From positions 1-45,341 of the forward strand of contig CANPVK010000002.1 of NCBI GenBank assembly GCA_947581715.1: a stretch of 45,341 nt of DNA. The letters are read 5' to 3'. The DNA is from an uncultured Bacilli bacterium (GTDB taxonomy: Bacteria > Bacillota_I > Bacilli_A > RF39 > UBA660). The position numbers and the translations under genes were made by a program. Each line of letters starts with the position of its first letter. Position 1 is the first letter of the stretch. Below the pieces are notes generated by a model, which was given only the letters and a program-made list of their open reading frames with translations, had not been told where the DNA came from and searched no databases. This document shows, piece after piece, positions 25,546 to 34,057 of this stretch.

Positions 25546-25929
25546 ATGGAAATTTTAGAAAAAGTACAAGAAGCTAATTCAATTTTAAATGAAATAGAAA
25601 CATATTATGATTCGATTCCATCAAAGCAATCTAAAGTAGATAGTGAATTAAGTGACCTCCTTCATTATATTGAGAACAATAATTTAAACGCTTCTCAATC
25701 TTGTAAAATCGTAAAACAAATGAAAAAGAAAAGGATAGAAAGAAGAGGATTACTAAACGATTTTGAAATGTTAAAAACTTACCGTACTAATTCCAGTAAA
25801 TTATCTAATAGTGCTAATAGAGAATTTTTACTTGCAGAATTAAATAAAACTGCAAAGAAGTTAAATTGTGAATATAAAAACAGAATATATAATGATGAAC
25901 AATTAAAAGAATTAAAATTTGAAGAATAA
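25546..25929 (+). CDS. Hypothetical protein
   Basis: AGAGGAG SD. Confidence 0.55.
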   Translation: MEILEKVQEANSILNEIETYYDSIPSKQSKVDSELSDLLHYIENNNLNASQSCKIVKQMKKKRIERRGLLNDFEMLKTYRTNSSKLSNSANREFLLAELNKTAKKLNCEYKNRIYNDEQLKELKFEE

Positions 25930-25938
25930 GGAGGAATC

Positions 25939-26382
25939 ATGACTTTAAAAGAAGCTAACAAGCAACTTGAAAAGCTAGAAAATGATTATGAGTATTATTT
26001 AAAAGAAAAAGAAGAACTAGAAAGTTTAGTTACACCAAAAGCAACAGATATTAGAATAGAAAAAGTAGATGGTGGAAAAAGAACAGATAGATTATTAGAA
26101 TATGTAGAAAAAATGGATGCAAAAAAAATCGATGAAACATTAGATTACATTTTTCAACGAAAGCAAAACCTAATTAATTGGATTGAAAATGAATTAAAAA
26201 TTATGCTTAAATATGGAGAAGTAGAATCTGTAATTATCCAATTAAAAGAAAAAGGAAAATTAAATGAACAAGGAATTTATGAAATATTAACGTGGGAACA
26301 AATTTCGAAAGAAGTACATTGGTCCAAATCCTTTTGCAGAAATGTATATAGAAAATATAAAAGAAAAAGAGATATTGATTAA
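25939..26382 (+). CDS. Putative late-gene regulator (activator or Q-like antiterminator)
   Basis: Last gene before the packaging module. C-terminal HTH-like LTWEQISKEVHWSKSFCRNVYRKYKRKR. Followed by repeats, -10 elements and a terminator. The function is positional inference. Confidence 0.4.
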   Translation: MTLKEANKQLEKLENDYEYYLKEKEELESLVTPKATDIRIEKVDGGKRTDRLLEYVEKMDAKKIDETLDYIFQRKQNLINWIENELKIMLKYGEVESVIIQLKEKGKLNEQGIYEILTWEQISKEVHWSKSFCRNVYRKYKRKRDID

Positions 26383-26394
26383 ATTTTTGATTTT

Positions 26395-26444
26395 GTGACA
26401 CCTCGTGACACTTTAAATGTGCTAATATGATATTGTGAGATAAT
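26395..26444 (+). promoter_or_regulatory. Candidate late promoter region with GTGACAC direct repeats
   Basis: GTGACAC at 26395 and 26405 (10-bp phasing), followed by TGcTAATAT (26420-28) and TGaGATAAT (26436-44). No -35 hexamer. Confidence 0.35.
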
Positions 26445-26479
26445 AAAAATTAATTATTTCATGAATATCACCCCCTGGG

Positions 26480-26509
26480 AGAGAGAATATTTACTTATTC
26501 TCTCTTTTT
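26480..26509 (+). terminator. Strong intrinsic terminator between the regulator gene and the late genes
   Basis: 10-bp stem AGAGAGAATA/TATTCTCTCT, loop TTTACT, then TTTT. Confidence 0.75.
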
Positions 26510-26529
26510 GTATTGAAAGAAGGAATTCT

Positions 26530-26778
26530 ATGACAAATATCAGCTATAGGGTATATAGTTCTTATAATGGTTGGAAATTATTAGGAATAGATACTAACGT
26601 AAACGATGTAATTACACGGATTAAGAATCGTATTGATATAGAAAAAGCTCAATATATAGTAGTAGAACATCATAACGATCAAGATATGGATATACCATTC
26701 AAAAGTATAGCTTGTGAAGAAGAGTTTATAGAATTCGAAAAAGAGTATAAAGAGAAAGTAAAAGAGTTGGTAAGATGA
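26530..26778 (+). CDS. Hypothetical protein
   Basis: ATG 26530 after GAAAGAAGGA. The ORF-track start 26461 would run through the terminator hairpin. Confidence 0.5.
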   Translation: MTNISYRVYSSYNGWKLLGIDTNVNDVITRIKNRIDIEKAQYIVVEHHNDQDMDIPFKSIACEEEFIEFEKEYKEKVKELVR

Positions 26779-27173
26779 ATACTTTAAGGTGCATGAAAGG
26801 TTTATGTAAGATATGCCCAGAAGAAACCATATGTAAAGGTACATCAAAAGAATCAAAATATAAAAATAAGAAAGTTATAGTAAATGGAATAGAGTTTGAT
26901 TCTAAAAAAGAAGCTAATAGATATAAAGAACTGTTATTACTACAAAAAAGTGGAATCATAACAGATTTAAAAAGGCAAGTATCATACATATTGATACCTG
27001 CTTTTAATTTAAATAGAAAAAGATACAGGAGTATGAGCTATATAGCTGATTTTGTATATAAAGAGAATGGCAAAGAAGTAGTAGAAGACTGCAAAGGATT
27101 TAGAACTGAAATATACAAGATTAAAAAGAAGCTAATGGCTTACATTTATGAAATAGAAATTAGAGAGGTGTAG
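26775..27173 (+). CDS. DUF1064-family protein (putative endonuclease/resolvase-like)
   Basis: KYKNKKVIVNGIEFDSKKEANRYKELLLLQKSG.I.DL..Q..Y.L and YIADFVY...VEDCKG pattern typical of DUF1064. Confidence 0.7.
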   Translation: MNTLRCMKGLCKICPEETICKGTSKESKYKNKKVIVNGIEFDSKKEANRYKELLLLQKSGIITDLKRQVSYILIPAFNLNRKRYRSMSYIADFVYKENGKEVVEDCKGFRTEIYKIKKKLMAYIYEIEIREV

Positions 27174-27176
27174 ATT

Positions 27177-27299
27177 ATGAATCTAAACGAAGTAGCTTTA
27201 ATGATAATAGTAATAGCACCTTTTGTTTATCTGATGACAAATAATTCAATTAAATGTAAAAGACATTTAAATAGAAAAGAAAGGGGGAACGGAAAATAA
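27177..27299 (+). CDS. Mini membrane protein (40 aa)
   Basis: GAGAGGTG SD 6 nt upstream. Translation MNLNEVALMIIVIAPFVYLM... Confidence 0.35.
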   Translation: MNLNEVALMIIVIAPFVYLMTNNSIKCKRHLNRKERGNGK

Positions 27300-27336
27300 A
27301 TTATAAGTAGAGAATGATTGTTAGGAGTGATTTAAA

Positions 27337-27483
27337 ATGATAATTTTTAAAATATACTGTATTTTTATGATTGCCTCACTTATTATTGGAATATTAATGA
27401 GTTACAAAAAAAAGAAATCAAAACGAGATTTTTTGTTTTTATGTATGTTCATTCCAATACTTATTTATCTAATATTAAAATGA
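27337..27483 (+). CDS. Mini two-TM protein (48 aa)
   Basis: TAGGAGTG SD 7 nt upstream. Translation MIIFKIYCIFMIASLIIGILMSYKKKKSKRDFLFLCMFIPILIYLILK. Confidence 0.35.
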   Translation: MIIFKIYCIFMIASLIIGILMSYKKKKSKRDFLFLCMFIPILIYLILK

Positions 27484-27517
27484 AATGCATAATTAATATT
27501 TGATAACAGGTGATAGT

Positions 27518-28063
27518 ATGGCAAAATACAATTGGAAAGAATTAGAAAAAGAGTTCATTTTAGGAAATTATAAATCCGTTAGTTCTTTTTTGAGAGAAAA
27601 AAATATTCCATGTACTGGCAATACAAATAAGATCACAACAGGATGGAAAGGCAAAAAAGTAAAAAAAGAGCAAGAGAAAAGCAAAAAAGTGATAGAAAAG
27701 GTAATTGAAAAAGAAACTACCATTGAAGCCAATAAAAGAGTAAACACAAAAGATACCGCTATAAAGTTGTTAGAAAAGATTAATGATTCAATGGAAGAGT
27801 TAAATAAATACTTTTCTAGAAACAGTAAAAAGACAAAAACAGTAGAATATGACTATAAAGTGGGAAAACCAAAAAAAGAAACAACAGTGGATCAAGAAGA
27901 AATACAAGAATTTTATTCTATTGTTGATAGAAGTGGTCTTAAGCAATTAACTTCTGCCCTAAAAGATATAAATGATATATTAAATGGAACTAATTCACCA
28001 GAAACTTCAGAAACCTTTGCTCAAGAGATAGAAAAAGCATGGAGAAATAGAAATGAACAGTGA
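27518..28063 (+). CDS. terS: Terminase small subunit
   Basis: Immediately upstream of and overlapping terL. N-terminal HTH-like MAKYNWKELEKEFILGNYKSVSSFLREKNIP, then a basic coiled region. Confidence 0.7.
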   Translation: MAKYNWKELEKEFILGNYKSVSSFLREKNIPCTGNTNKITTGWKGKKVKKEQEKSKKVIEKVIEKETTIEANKRVNTKDTAIKLLEKINDSMEELNKYFSRNSKKTKTVEYDYKVGKPKKETTVDQEEIQEFYSIVDRSGLKQLTSALKDINDILNGTNSPETSETFAQEIEKAWRNRNEQ

Positions 28064-29441
28064 AGCATTAAGTTACTATATAGATAGACCTGTGGAATTT
28101 GCAGAAGATATATTAAAAGTAATTCCAACAAGTGATCAAAAAAAAGTGATGAATGATGTAGCCAAGCATTCTAGAGTATCTGTAAAAAGTGGTCATGGAG
28201 TAGGAAAAAGTGCATTAGAAAGTTGGATAATATGGTGGTATATCAGTACAAGACCATATCCTAAAATATTATGCACAGCACCTACCAAACATCAATTACA
28301 TGATATATTGTGGGCGGAGGTAAGTAAATGGAAAAGAAACAGCAAAGGATTAGACAAAGAATTTGAATGGACTAGTGAAAAAATATATTTAAAAGGTGCA
28401 CAAGAAGAATGGTTTGCAATTGCAAGAACGAGTAATAAACCAGATGCATTACAAGGAACTCATGCAGAACATGTATTAATTATTATAGATGAAGCAAGCG
28501 GAGTTCCAGATATAGTATTCGAGCCAGTGCTTGGTTCGTTAAGCACAAAAGATGCCAAATTATTGATGTGTGGAAATCCCACTCAATTATCTGGCTTTTT
28601 TTATGATTCACATACAAGTAAAGCTAGTATGTATCAAAGGCATACAATTGATGGTTCAAAAAGTGAAAGAGTAGATAAAGAATATGTAGCTATGATTATT
28701 GAAATGTTTGGAATAAATTCGGATGTATATCGTGTAAGAGTTGCAGGAGAATTTCCAAAGGCTAATCCAGATAGTTTTATTGGAAGAGACATTATTCGAA
28801 CAAACAATAATATCAAATTAGAAAATATTTATTCCATTGATTTAGGTGTGGATGTGGCTAGATTTGGAGATGATGAATCAGTAGTAGCAGAGTCATATAA
28901 CAAGAATACGATTCCAAAGCTACATACATTTAAGCACAATGATACTATGAAACTTACAGGACAGATTGTAAATATCATAAAAGGATTAAATATAAAATAT
29001 TCATCTATTGTAATTAAAGTAAAAATAGATTGTGATGGTTTAGGTGTAGGTGTTTATGACAGATTGCGAGAAGTTATTTCTCAAGCTAATTTAAAGGCAC
29101 AAGCAATTGAATGTCACTTTGGCGGAAAAGGTGGAAAAGTAAATCAAAATGAACCAATCGAATATAAGAATTCTACCGGTTTAATGTGGGGAAATATAAG
29201 AAGTAAATTTAAACACGAACAATTAGTCATTATTAATGATGAAGAATTAATAAATCAACTATCAAACAGAAAGTATTTTATTGAATCTGATGGAACAATT
29301 CGTCTTGAGAGAAAAGAAGACATGAAAAAAAGAGGAGTACATTCACCGGATAGAGCAGATGCAGTAGGGTTAGCATTATATGAACCAACTAGTAAAGTAC
29401 AAATTGACAATAATATGTTTATAAATATTCCAACAAAATAA
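28053..29441 (+). CDS. terL: Terminase large subunit
   Basis: Walker A SGHGVGKS, Walker B LIIIDEASG, C-terminal RNaseH-like nuclease region (GVDVARFGDDES...SPDRADA). 462 aa. Confidence 0.9.
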   Translation: MNSEALSYYIDRPVEFAEDILKVIPTSDQKKVMNDVAKHSRVSVKSGHGVGKSALESWIIWWYISTRPYPKILCTAPTKHQLHDILWAEVSKWKRNSKGLDKEFEWTSEKIYLKGAQEEWFAIARTSNKPDALQGTHAEHVLIIIDEASGVPDIVFEPVLGSLSTKDAKLLMCGNPTQLSGFFYDSHTSKASMYQRHTIDGSKSERVDKEYVAMIIEMFGINSDVYRVRVAGEFPKANPDSFIGRDIIRTNNNIKLENIYSIDLGVDVARFGDDESVVAESYNKNTIPKLHTFKHNDTMKLTGQIVNIIKGLNIKYSSIVIKVKIDCDGLGVGVYDRLREVISQANLKAQAIECHFGGKGGKVNQNEPIEYKNSTGLMWGNIRSKFKHEQLVIINDEELINQLSNRKYFIESDGTIRLERKEDMKKRGVHSPDRADAVGLALYEPTSKVQIDNNMFINIPTK

Positions 29442-29453
29442 GGAGTGATACAA

Positions 29454-31073
29454 ATGTTAAGATATAGTAAGGAAAAATTAGAACAAGAAAATAGCGTAAC
29501 AGCTATTTTTTTTAAAGCAAAAAAAGAATTAGAATCAAGAAAAAGATTATATGATGAATTTAGAAGAAAGTTAACAGATGAAGAACTTTCTAGTTTAAGT
29601 GATGAAGATATAAAAGTTCCGTTACAAAGATATTTATCAGTAATGGCAGTAGGTTTTTTTGCTGGTAAACCACCTATTTACAAAGTTCAAGCATATGATA
29701 AAGAAATAGACAAGCTAAATCAAGAATTATTTGATAAAAATCCAAATGATGAAAATAAAGTAAAAGAAATGGAATATATAATTAAGCATGTCACTGATTA
29801 CAATGATGACGGAAAAGAATTTTTCAGTTTAGCATTTGATTATTTTGTAAAAAGAGCAGGTTATGAGATTCTTTATAAAAACGAACAAAGCGAATATGTT
29901 TATTCAAAAAGTGATGCTTTAGAAACTGTAGCAATATGGGATTATTCAGTTCCTAAAAATTTAATTGGATTGTATAGGATAATAGAAACAACTCTTGCTA
30001 ATAATGAATATCAAATTATGGTTGAATTAACTACCGAAAAAGGAAAATTCTATTATATGGATACTCCTGAAAAGAGAAAGCTTTTTGGTACAAAAGATTA
30101 TGAAGCAAAATATGGAAAAGAACCATTATTTAAAGAAGATAAAAAAAAGCAAGAAAAACCAAAATGGGACGATCTTCAAATTGTAGCTATGGAAAATGAA
30201 CATGGGTTAAATATATTTGAAAGTGTTGATAGTCTTATAAAAGCATATGAAAGAGTTATTCAAAACTCAAGAAACACTTTTAAATATAATGATGAAGCTA
30301 TTCTTAAAGTGATGGGATATGTTCCAGAAAATCCTCTAATTATCGAAAATGAGGAAGGAAAACAGATGATTAATCCTGCAAGAGAATTGGAAGATCAATA
30401 TATGCTAGAATCTCGTGTTAGATATTTACAAGAAGGCGGGGATTTAGATTGGGTTATTAAAGAAGTAAATGATGGAGCTGTACAAAATCATAAGAAAACA
30501 TTAATGGATTTAATTTGTTTGTGTTCCTTTATTCCAAATATGACTGATTTAGGATTTACACAAGCAGATAATAATAGTGCATTAGAAAAGAAGTTCTTTT
30601 CACTACAACAATTAATTGCTGATGCAGAGGCGGATTTTAAAATGGGATTATTAAGACGCTGGGAGCTAATTTTTAATAAATTTAATAAAGACAAAGGCAA
30701 AGATTATGATTTTAGAAATGTTCAAGTTATATTACAAAGAAATATGCCTAGTGATTCATCTAGTGAAACAAGTAGAGCATTATCTTTAAGAGATTTATTA
30801 AGTGATGAAACGATTATCGGAATGTTACCAGATGATCTTGATCCAAAAAATGAAATTGCTAAAAAGAAAAGTGAAGCAGAAACTAATCTTGAAGATAATC
30901 AGGAATTAATGAAAAAATTTAGTCAAAATAACAAAGATGAAAATGAAGACAATAATATAGAAAAAGATACGCAAGAACAGATAAAAACAACACCAGGAGA
31001 AGTAGTAAAAGGTTCTAAAGAATCAGAAAAAAAGCCAGATGCTATACAAGATTTAGATAAATTGAAGAAGTGA
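29454..31073 (+). CDS. Portal protein (SPP1 gp6-like)
   Basis: ~540 aa directly after terL, with an acidic C-terminal tail. ATG 29454 after AAGGAG. Confidence 0.85.
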   Translation: MLRYSKEKLEQENSVTAIFFKAKKELESRKRLYDEFRRKLTDEELSSLSDEDIKVPLQRYLSVMAVGFFAGKPPIYKVQAYDKEIDKLNQELFDKNPNDENKVKEMEYIIKHVTDYNDDGKEFFSLAFDYFVKRAGYEILYKNEQSEYVYSKSDALETVAIWDYSVPKNLIGLYRIIETTLANNEYQIMVELTTEKGKFYYMDTPEKRKLFGTKDYEAKYGKEPLFKEDKKKQEKPKWDDLQIVAMENEHGLNIFESVDSLIKAYERVIQNSRNTFKYNDEAILKVMGYVPENPLIIENEEGKQMINPARELEDQYMLESRVRYLQEGGDLDWVIKEVNDGAVQNHKKTLMDLICLCSFIPNMTDLGFTQADNNSALEKKFFSLQQLIADAEADFKMGLLRRWELIFNKFNKDKGKDYDFRNVQVILQRNMPSDSSSETSRALSLRDLLSDETIIGMLPDDLDPKNEIAKKKSEAETNLEDNQELMKKFSQNNKDENEDNNIEKDTQEQIKTTPGEVVKGSKESEKKPDAIQDLDKLKK

Positions 31074-31078
31074 TATAA

Positions 31079-32572
31079 ATGAATAATAACATTGTAGAAA
31101 ATAGATGGAAAAATACACGAAAAGAATTAAATAAGTTTAGAAATGAATATTTGAAGTTAAATAAAAATACTCAAGATAAAATACAAGACTTGTTTAATTC
31201 TTTAAATATCACTTATCAAGATTTGTCTAAAATTATTTCTAAAAGAGATCAAGATAGATTAGAAAGAAAAATAGATAGTTGGAAGCAGAAAAAAATATTT
31301 AAAGGATACTTTAAATATAGAGTAGAAGAGTTAATGAAAGGACAAATCAATTATCGAAATCTAATAGAAATACTCTTATATGGCATTGAAATTGAAGAAC
31401 AGGAAGAAAATAAAGACAGCATATACAACTTATTTATAAATTGTTCCTTAGATTGCTATAATCAAGGTAGAAAAGACTTAAAAAAGAAAGAAAAAAGTAT
31501 ATTACCACAAGTATTACTAACAACCTTTTTAATGACAGCAGTTAACGGAACAATGTGGAAAGATTATATTGATGCGTATTATTTAACTAATATGCAGGAA
31601 ATACAAAAAAGATATTTGATTTCATTACAGCAAGGTAAGATTCCAGATATATATGATGATACTTGGCAAAGAACATTTGAAATCCAACAAAATAGATTAA
31701 TAGATATAAATAACACTAAATATAGTGGTGGTATTGATAAATATGTAACTACTTATGGAAATCTTGCTTATTTAGAAGCAAGTGATAATGATAATCAACA
31801 AGTGAAATTTGTATCAGATTTATGTGATAATGTTACTGAAATGTGTTCTTATATGGATGGAATGATTTTCAATACTAAAAATAGGAATGTATTTAAGAGA
31901 CCGATAGGAAAAACTGTTAAAGATTTAACATTACAAACAATAGATGTAATAGGACTAGTTTTAGGTATTAATTTACCACCTATTGAAGAACATTTTCATT
32001 GGTGTCATAGTGTATTAACATATATAACCGATAAAAGCACAGATGAATTGAGAGAAGAGATCTTCATTAAAAATGGTTTAAGTGCAAATAACAAATATAC
32101 AAAAGAAAAACATAAGCCACCAATATTATTAGAAGAGATTGATATAACTAATGAGCAAAATATTTATAACACATTAGAAAAATATGAAAAAGTCATAAAG
32201 AATGATATAATAGAAAATGCAATAGTGATTACTGAAGAAGGAAAAGTATATCAATGTTTTGGAAATGAAACTAATGTATGGCCTGATATTGATCTAGGAG
32301 AAAAGTTATTGAATTCATATGTAACACATAATCACCCCAAGAAAGAGACTAATTATAGTTTCAGTGAAGCTGATATACGATTATTTGAAAAATTTAATTT
32401 ATCAAAATTAAGAGGTGTAGATGATAAATATATCTACGAATTTGATAGAAATAAACAAAATATTTTGAAAAATCCTACGTTTGATGATAATGAATTGGGT
32501 TTTGAACATATTAAAAGTATTCAATATGCTATTGATCATAATATCTTTTATAAGAGGTGGGAAAATGACTAG
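31079..32572 (+). CDS. MuF/SPP1 gp7-like minor head protein with C-terminal RadC/JAB-like extension
   Basis: MuF signature SDLCDNVTEMCSYMDGMIF (residues ~247-264). C-terminal ~120 aa contain E-N-AIVITEEG...VTHNHPKKETNYSFSEADI...LRGVD, resembling the HNHPSG..PS..D JAMM/RadC motif. Confidence 0.8.
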   Translation: MNNNIVENRWKNTRKELNKFRNEYLKLNKNTQDKIQDLFNSLNITYQDLSKIISKRDQDRLERKIDSWKQKKIFKGYFKYRVEELMKGQINYRNLIEILLYGIEIEEQEENKDSIYNLFINCSLDCYNQGRKDLKKKEKSILPQVLLTTFLMTAVNGTMWKDYIDAYYLTNMQEIQKRYLISLQQGKIPDIYDDTWQRTFEIQQNRLIDINNTKYSGGIDKYVTTYGNLAYLEASDNDNQQVKFVSDLCDNVTEMCSYMDGMIFNTKNRNVFKRPIGKTVKDLTLQTIDVIGLVLGINLPPIEEHFHWCHSVLTYITDKSTDELREEIFIKNGLSANNKYTKEKHKPPILLEEIDITNEQNIYNTLEKYEKVIKNDIIENAIVITEEGKVYQCFGNETNVWPDIDLGEKLLNSYVTHNHPKKETNYSFSEADIRLFEKFNLSKLRGVDDKYIYEFDRNKQNILKNPTFDDNELGFEHIKSIQYAIDHNIFYKRWEND

Positions 32573-32756
32573 AGAAGAACTGGAAAAAGAGTATCAACGT
32601 GAATTAAAAGAATTAATAGATTACCATAGTGAACAAATAAAAAATATGACACAAGAAGAAGAATATGAATATATAAAAGAAAATAAATTAAACGAAAAAA
32701 TAGAAGAAATGAAAAAAAGATATCAAGAAAAATATAAAGCACTCGAAAATAAATAG
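32565..32756 (+). CDS. Small acidic coiled-coil protein (63 aa)
   Basis: ATG 32565 after GAGGTGGG, overlapping the MuF stop. Confidence 0.45.
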   Translation: MTREELEKEYQRELKELIDYHSEQIKNMTQEEEYEYIKENKLNEKIEEMKKRYQEKYKALENK

Positions 32757-32768
32757 AGTGCTTTTATT
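32736..32768 (+). terminator. Weak terminator-like hairpin
   Basis: AAAGCACTC-(11 nt)-GAGTGCTTT spanning the stop codon. Poor U-tail (TTATTAT). Confidence 0.3.
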
Positions 32769-32781
32769 ATGGAGGAAATGC

Positions 32782-33045
32782 ATGAAAGAAAAATTAGAAA
32801 CTGGTGCAATGTTAAATCCAAAATGTCAAGAATGCTTTAAGCACGATACTTGTAATAATAAAACATTATGCGCTTTTCTGATACCAAAGGATATTAAAAA
32901 AAATAGAAGTTTTATTGATTTACAAGAAGCATTATCTGTTCCAATAAAATTAACACCTGAGATGATTCAAAAAGAAATGATTAAAAGAGTATGTGAAATA
33001 AATATAGGCATTAATAATGCAAATTTAATGGGTAATAAAAATTAA
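32782..33045 (+). CDS. Small Cys-containing hypothetical protein
   Basis: ATG 32782 after GGAGGAAATGC. CQECFKHDTCNNKTLC motif. Confidence 0.45.
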   Translation: MKEKLETGAMLNPKCQECFKHDTCNNKTLCAFLIPKDIKKNRSFIDLQEALSVPIKLTPEMIQKEMIKRVCEINIGINNANLMGNKN

Positions 33046-33063
33046 TCACTATCTTATAGGTAG

Positions 33064-33338
33064 TGTATCAATGAATTTTTTATGTGAGCATAGGGAGAGT
33101 ATGCAGTAAGAAACAGTTTTTACTATAAAGCTCAATAGTAGAATAGGCTGACTTAAAGATGTGTGGTGCAAGTCCACAAGAACATTGAGTAAATGGGATT
33201 AAATTCATTGGTACAGTGCTTATAAAATAGCACTCCGACATTTATGTCGGTTAGCTCATCTACCAAAGTTGTAGATAGAGGTCTAGTTATCGATAAAATG
33301 TCGATAACTATTAAGTCGATAGAAATATCGGCTTTTTT
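33064..33338 (+). ncRNA. Candidate structured RNA element within the head operon (class unknown)
   Basis: ORF-poor 380-nt gap. A 15-bp long-range helix (33064-78 with 33201-15) encloses three or more hairpins, followed by four consecutive hairpins and a GAAA-loop terminator. Confidence 0.4.
33313..33338 (+). terminator. Intrinsic terminator inside the late operon
   Basis: AAGTCGATA-GAAA-TATCGGCTT (one G-U pair) followed by T6. Confidence 0.75.
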
Positions 33339-33425
33339 GGTGTGGTTTTACCGTAACAAGACTGGATTAATCAGCCTAACTGATAGTATTGGATATTTTC
33401 TATCCGTAAAAGAAAGGAAGAGATT

Positions 33426-34031
33426 ATGAAGAATAGTCAAAAAAGATTACCATTAAATATTCAGTATTTCGCTGATGAAAATGGCGAACAAGAGGTACCT
33501 TCTACCGAAAAAGAAGAACAGGTTGAAACTCCTATCGAAAAGGCTGAAGAAGAGAAAAAAGAAAAAACTTATACTCGTGCTGAAGTAGAAAAAATTAAAG
33601 CTTTAGAAAGAGCAAATTGGGAAAAAGAACAAGCTGACAAGATCGCAGAAAGTCAAAAATTAGCCCAAATGGATGAAATTCAAAAGAAAGATTATGAAAT
33701 TGATCGTTTAACCAAAGAATTAGCTAAACGAGATGCAGACAAGCAAGCTGATGATTTGAGAAATGAAGCAATTAAGCAAGCAAGTTCTAAGGGGATTCCG
33801 CTTGAAGTAATGATGGCACTAGATTACAAGAATGAAACTGCTGATAGTATAGCAAACAAAATAGAAGTTTATACAAAGGCATTTCAAACTGTAAGAACAA
33901 ATGCAATAGATGATTACTCAAAAGAAAAAGCCCCACAAACAGGAGATAAAACTCCAGGAGAAAAAACATTGAGTGATTGTAAAAGTTATCAAGATTTTGA
34001 TGAATATTACAAAACTCATCCAAAAGGATAG
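33426..34031 (+). CDS. Scaffolding protein
   Basis: Lies between the MuF-like and capsid genes. N-terminal PLNIQYFAD motif common to Firmicutes phage scaffold/head proteins. Charged coiled-coil composition. Confidence 0.75.
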   Translation: MKNSQKRLPLNIQYFADENGEQEVPSTEKEEQVETPIEKAEEEKKEKTYTRAEVEKIKALERANWEKEQADKIAESQKLAQMDEIQKKDYEIDRLTKELAKRDADKQADDLRNEAIKQASSKGIPLEVMMALDYKNETADSIANKIEVYTKAFQTVRTNAIDDYSKEKAPQTGDKTPGEKTLSDCKSYQDFDEYYKTHPKG

Positions 34032-34057
34032 GCATAAAGAAAGGAAGATGATATAAA

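Noticed and set aside
33161-33180. GTGGTGCAAGTCCACA resembles the GGTG..AA.TCC segment of cobalamin riboswitches, and GGTGTGGTTTTACCG at 33339-53 vaguely resembles a T-box sequence
   Set aside because: The other obligatory cobalamin elements (GGGAA, CCCGC, B12 box) are absent. The T-box-like string lies after the terminator U-run rather than in an antiterminator. It also does not fit tRNA loop rules: there is no U33 and no TPsiC-like loop.
33244-33429. 61-aa ORF from the track inside the structured intergenic region
   Set aside because: It has no SD and runs through five stable hairpins and an intrinsic terminator. Its composition is atypical. The region is better explained as non-coding.
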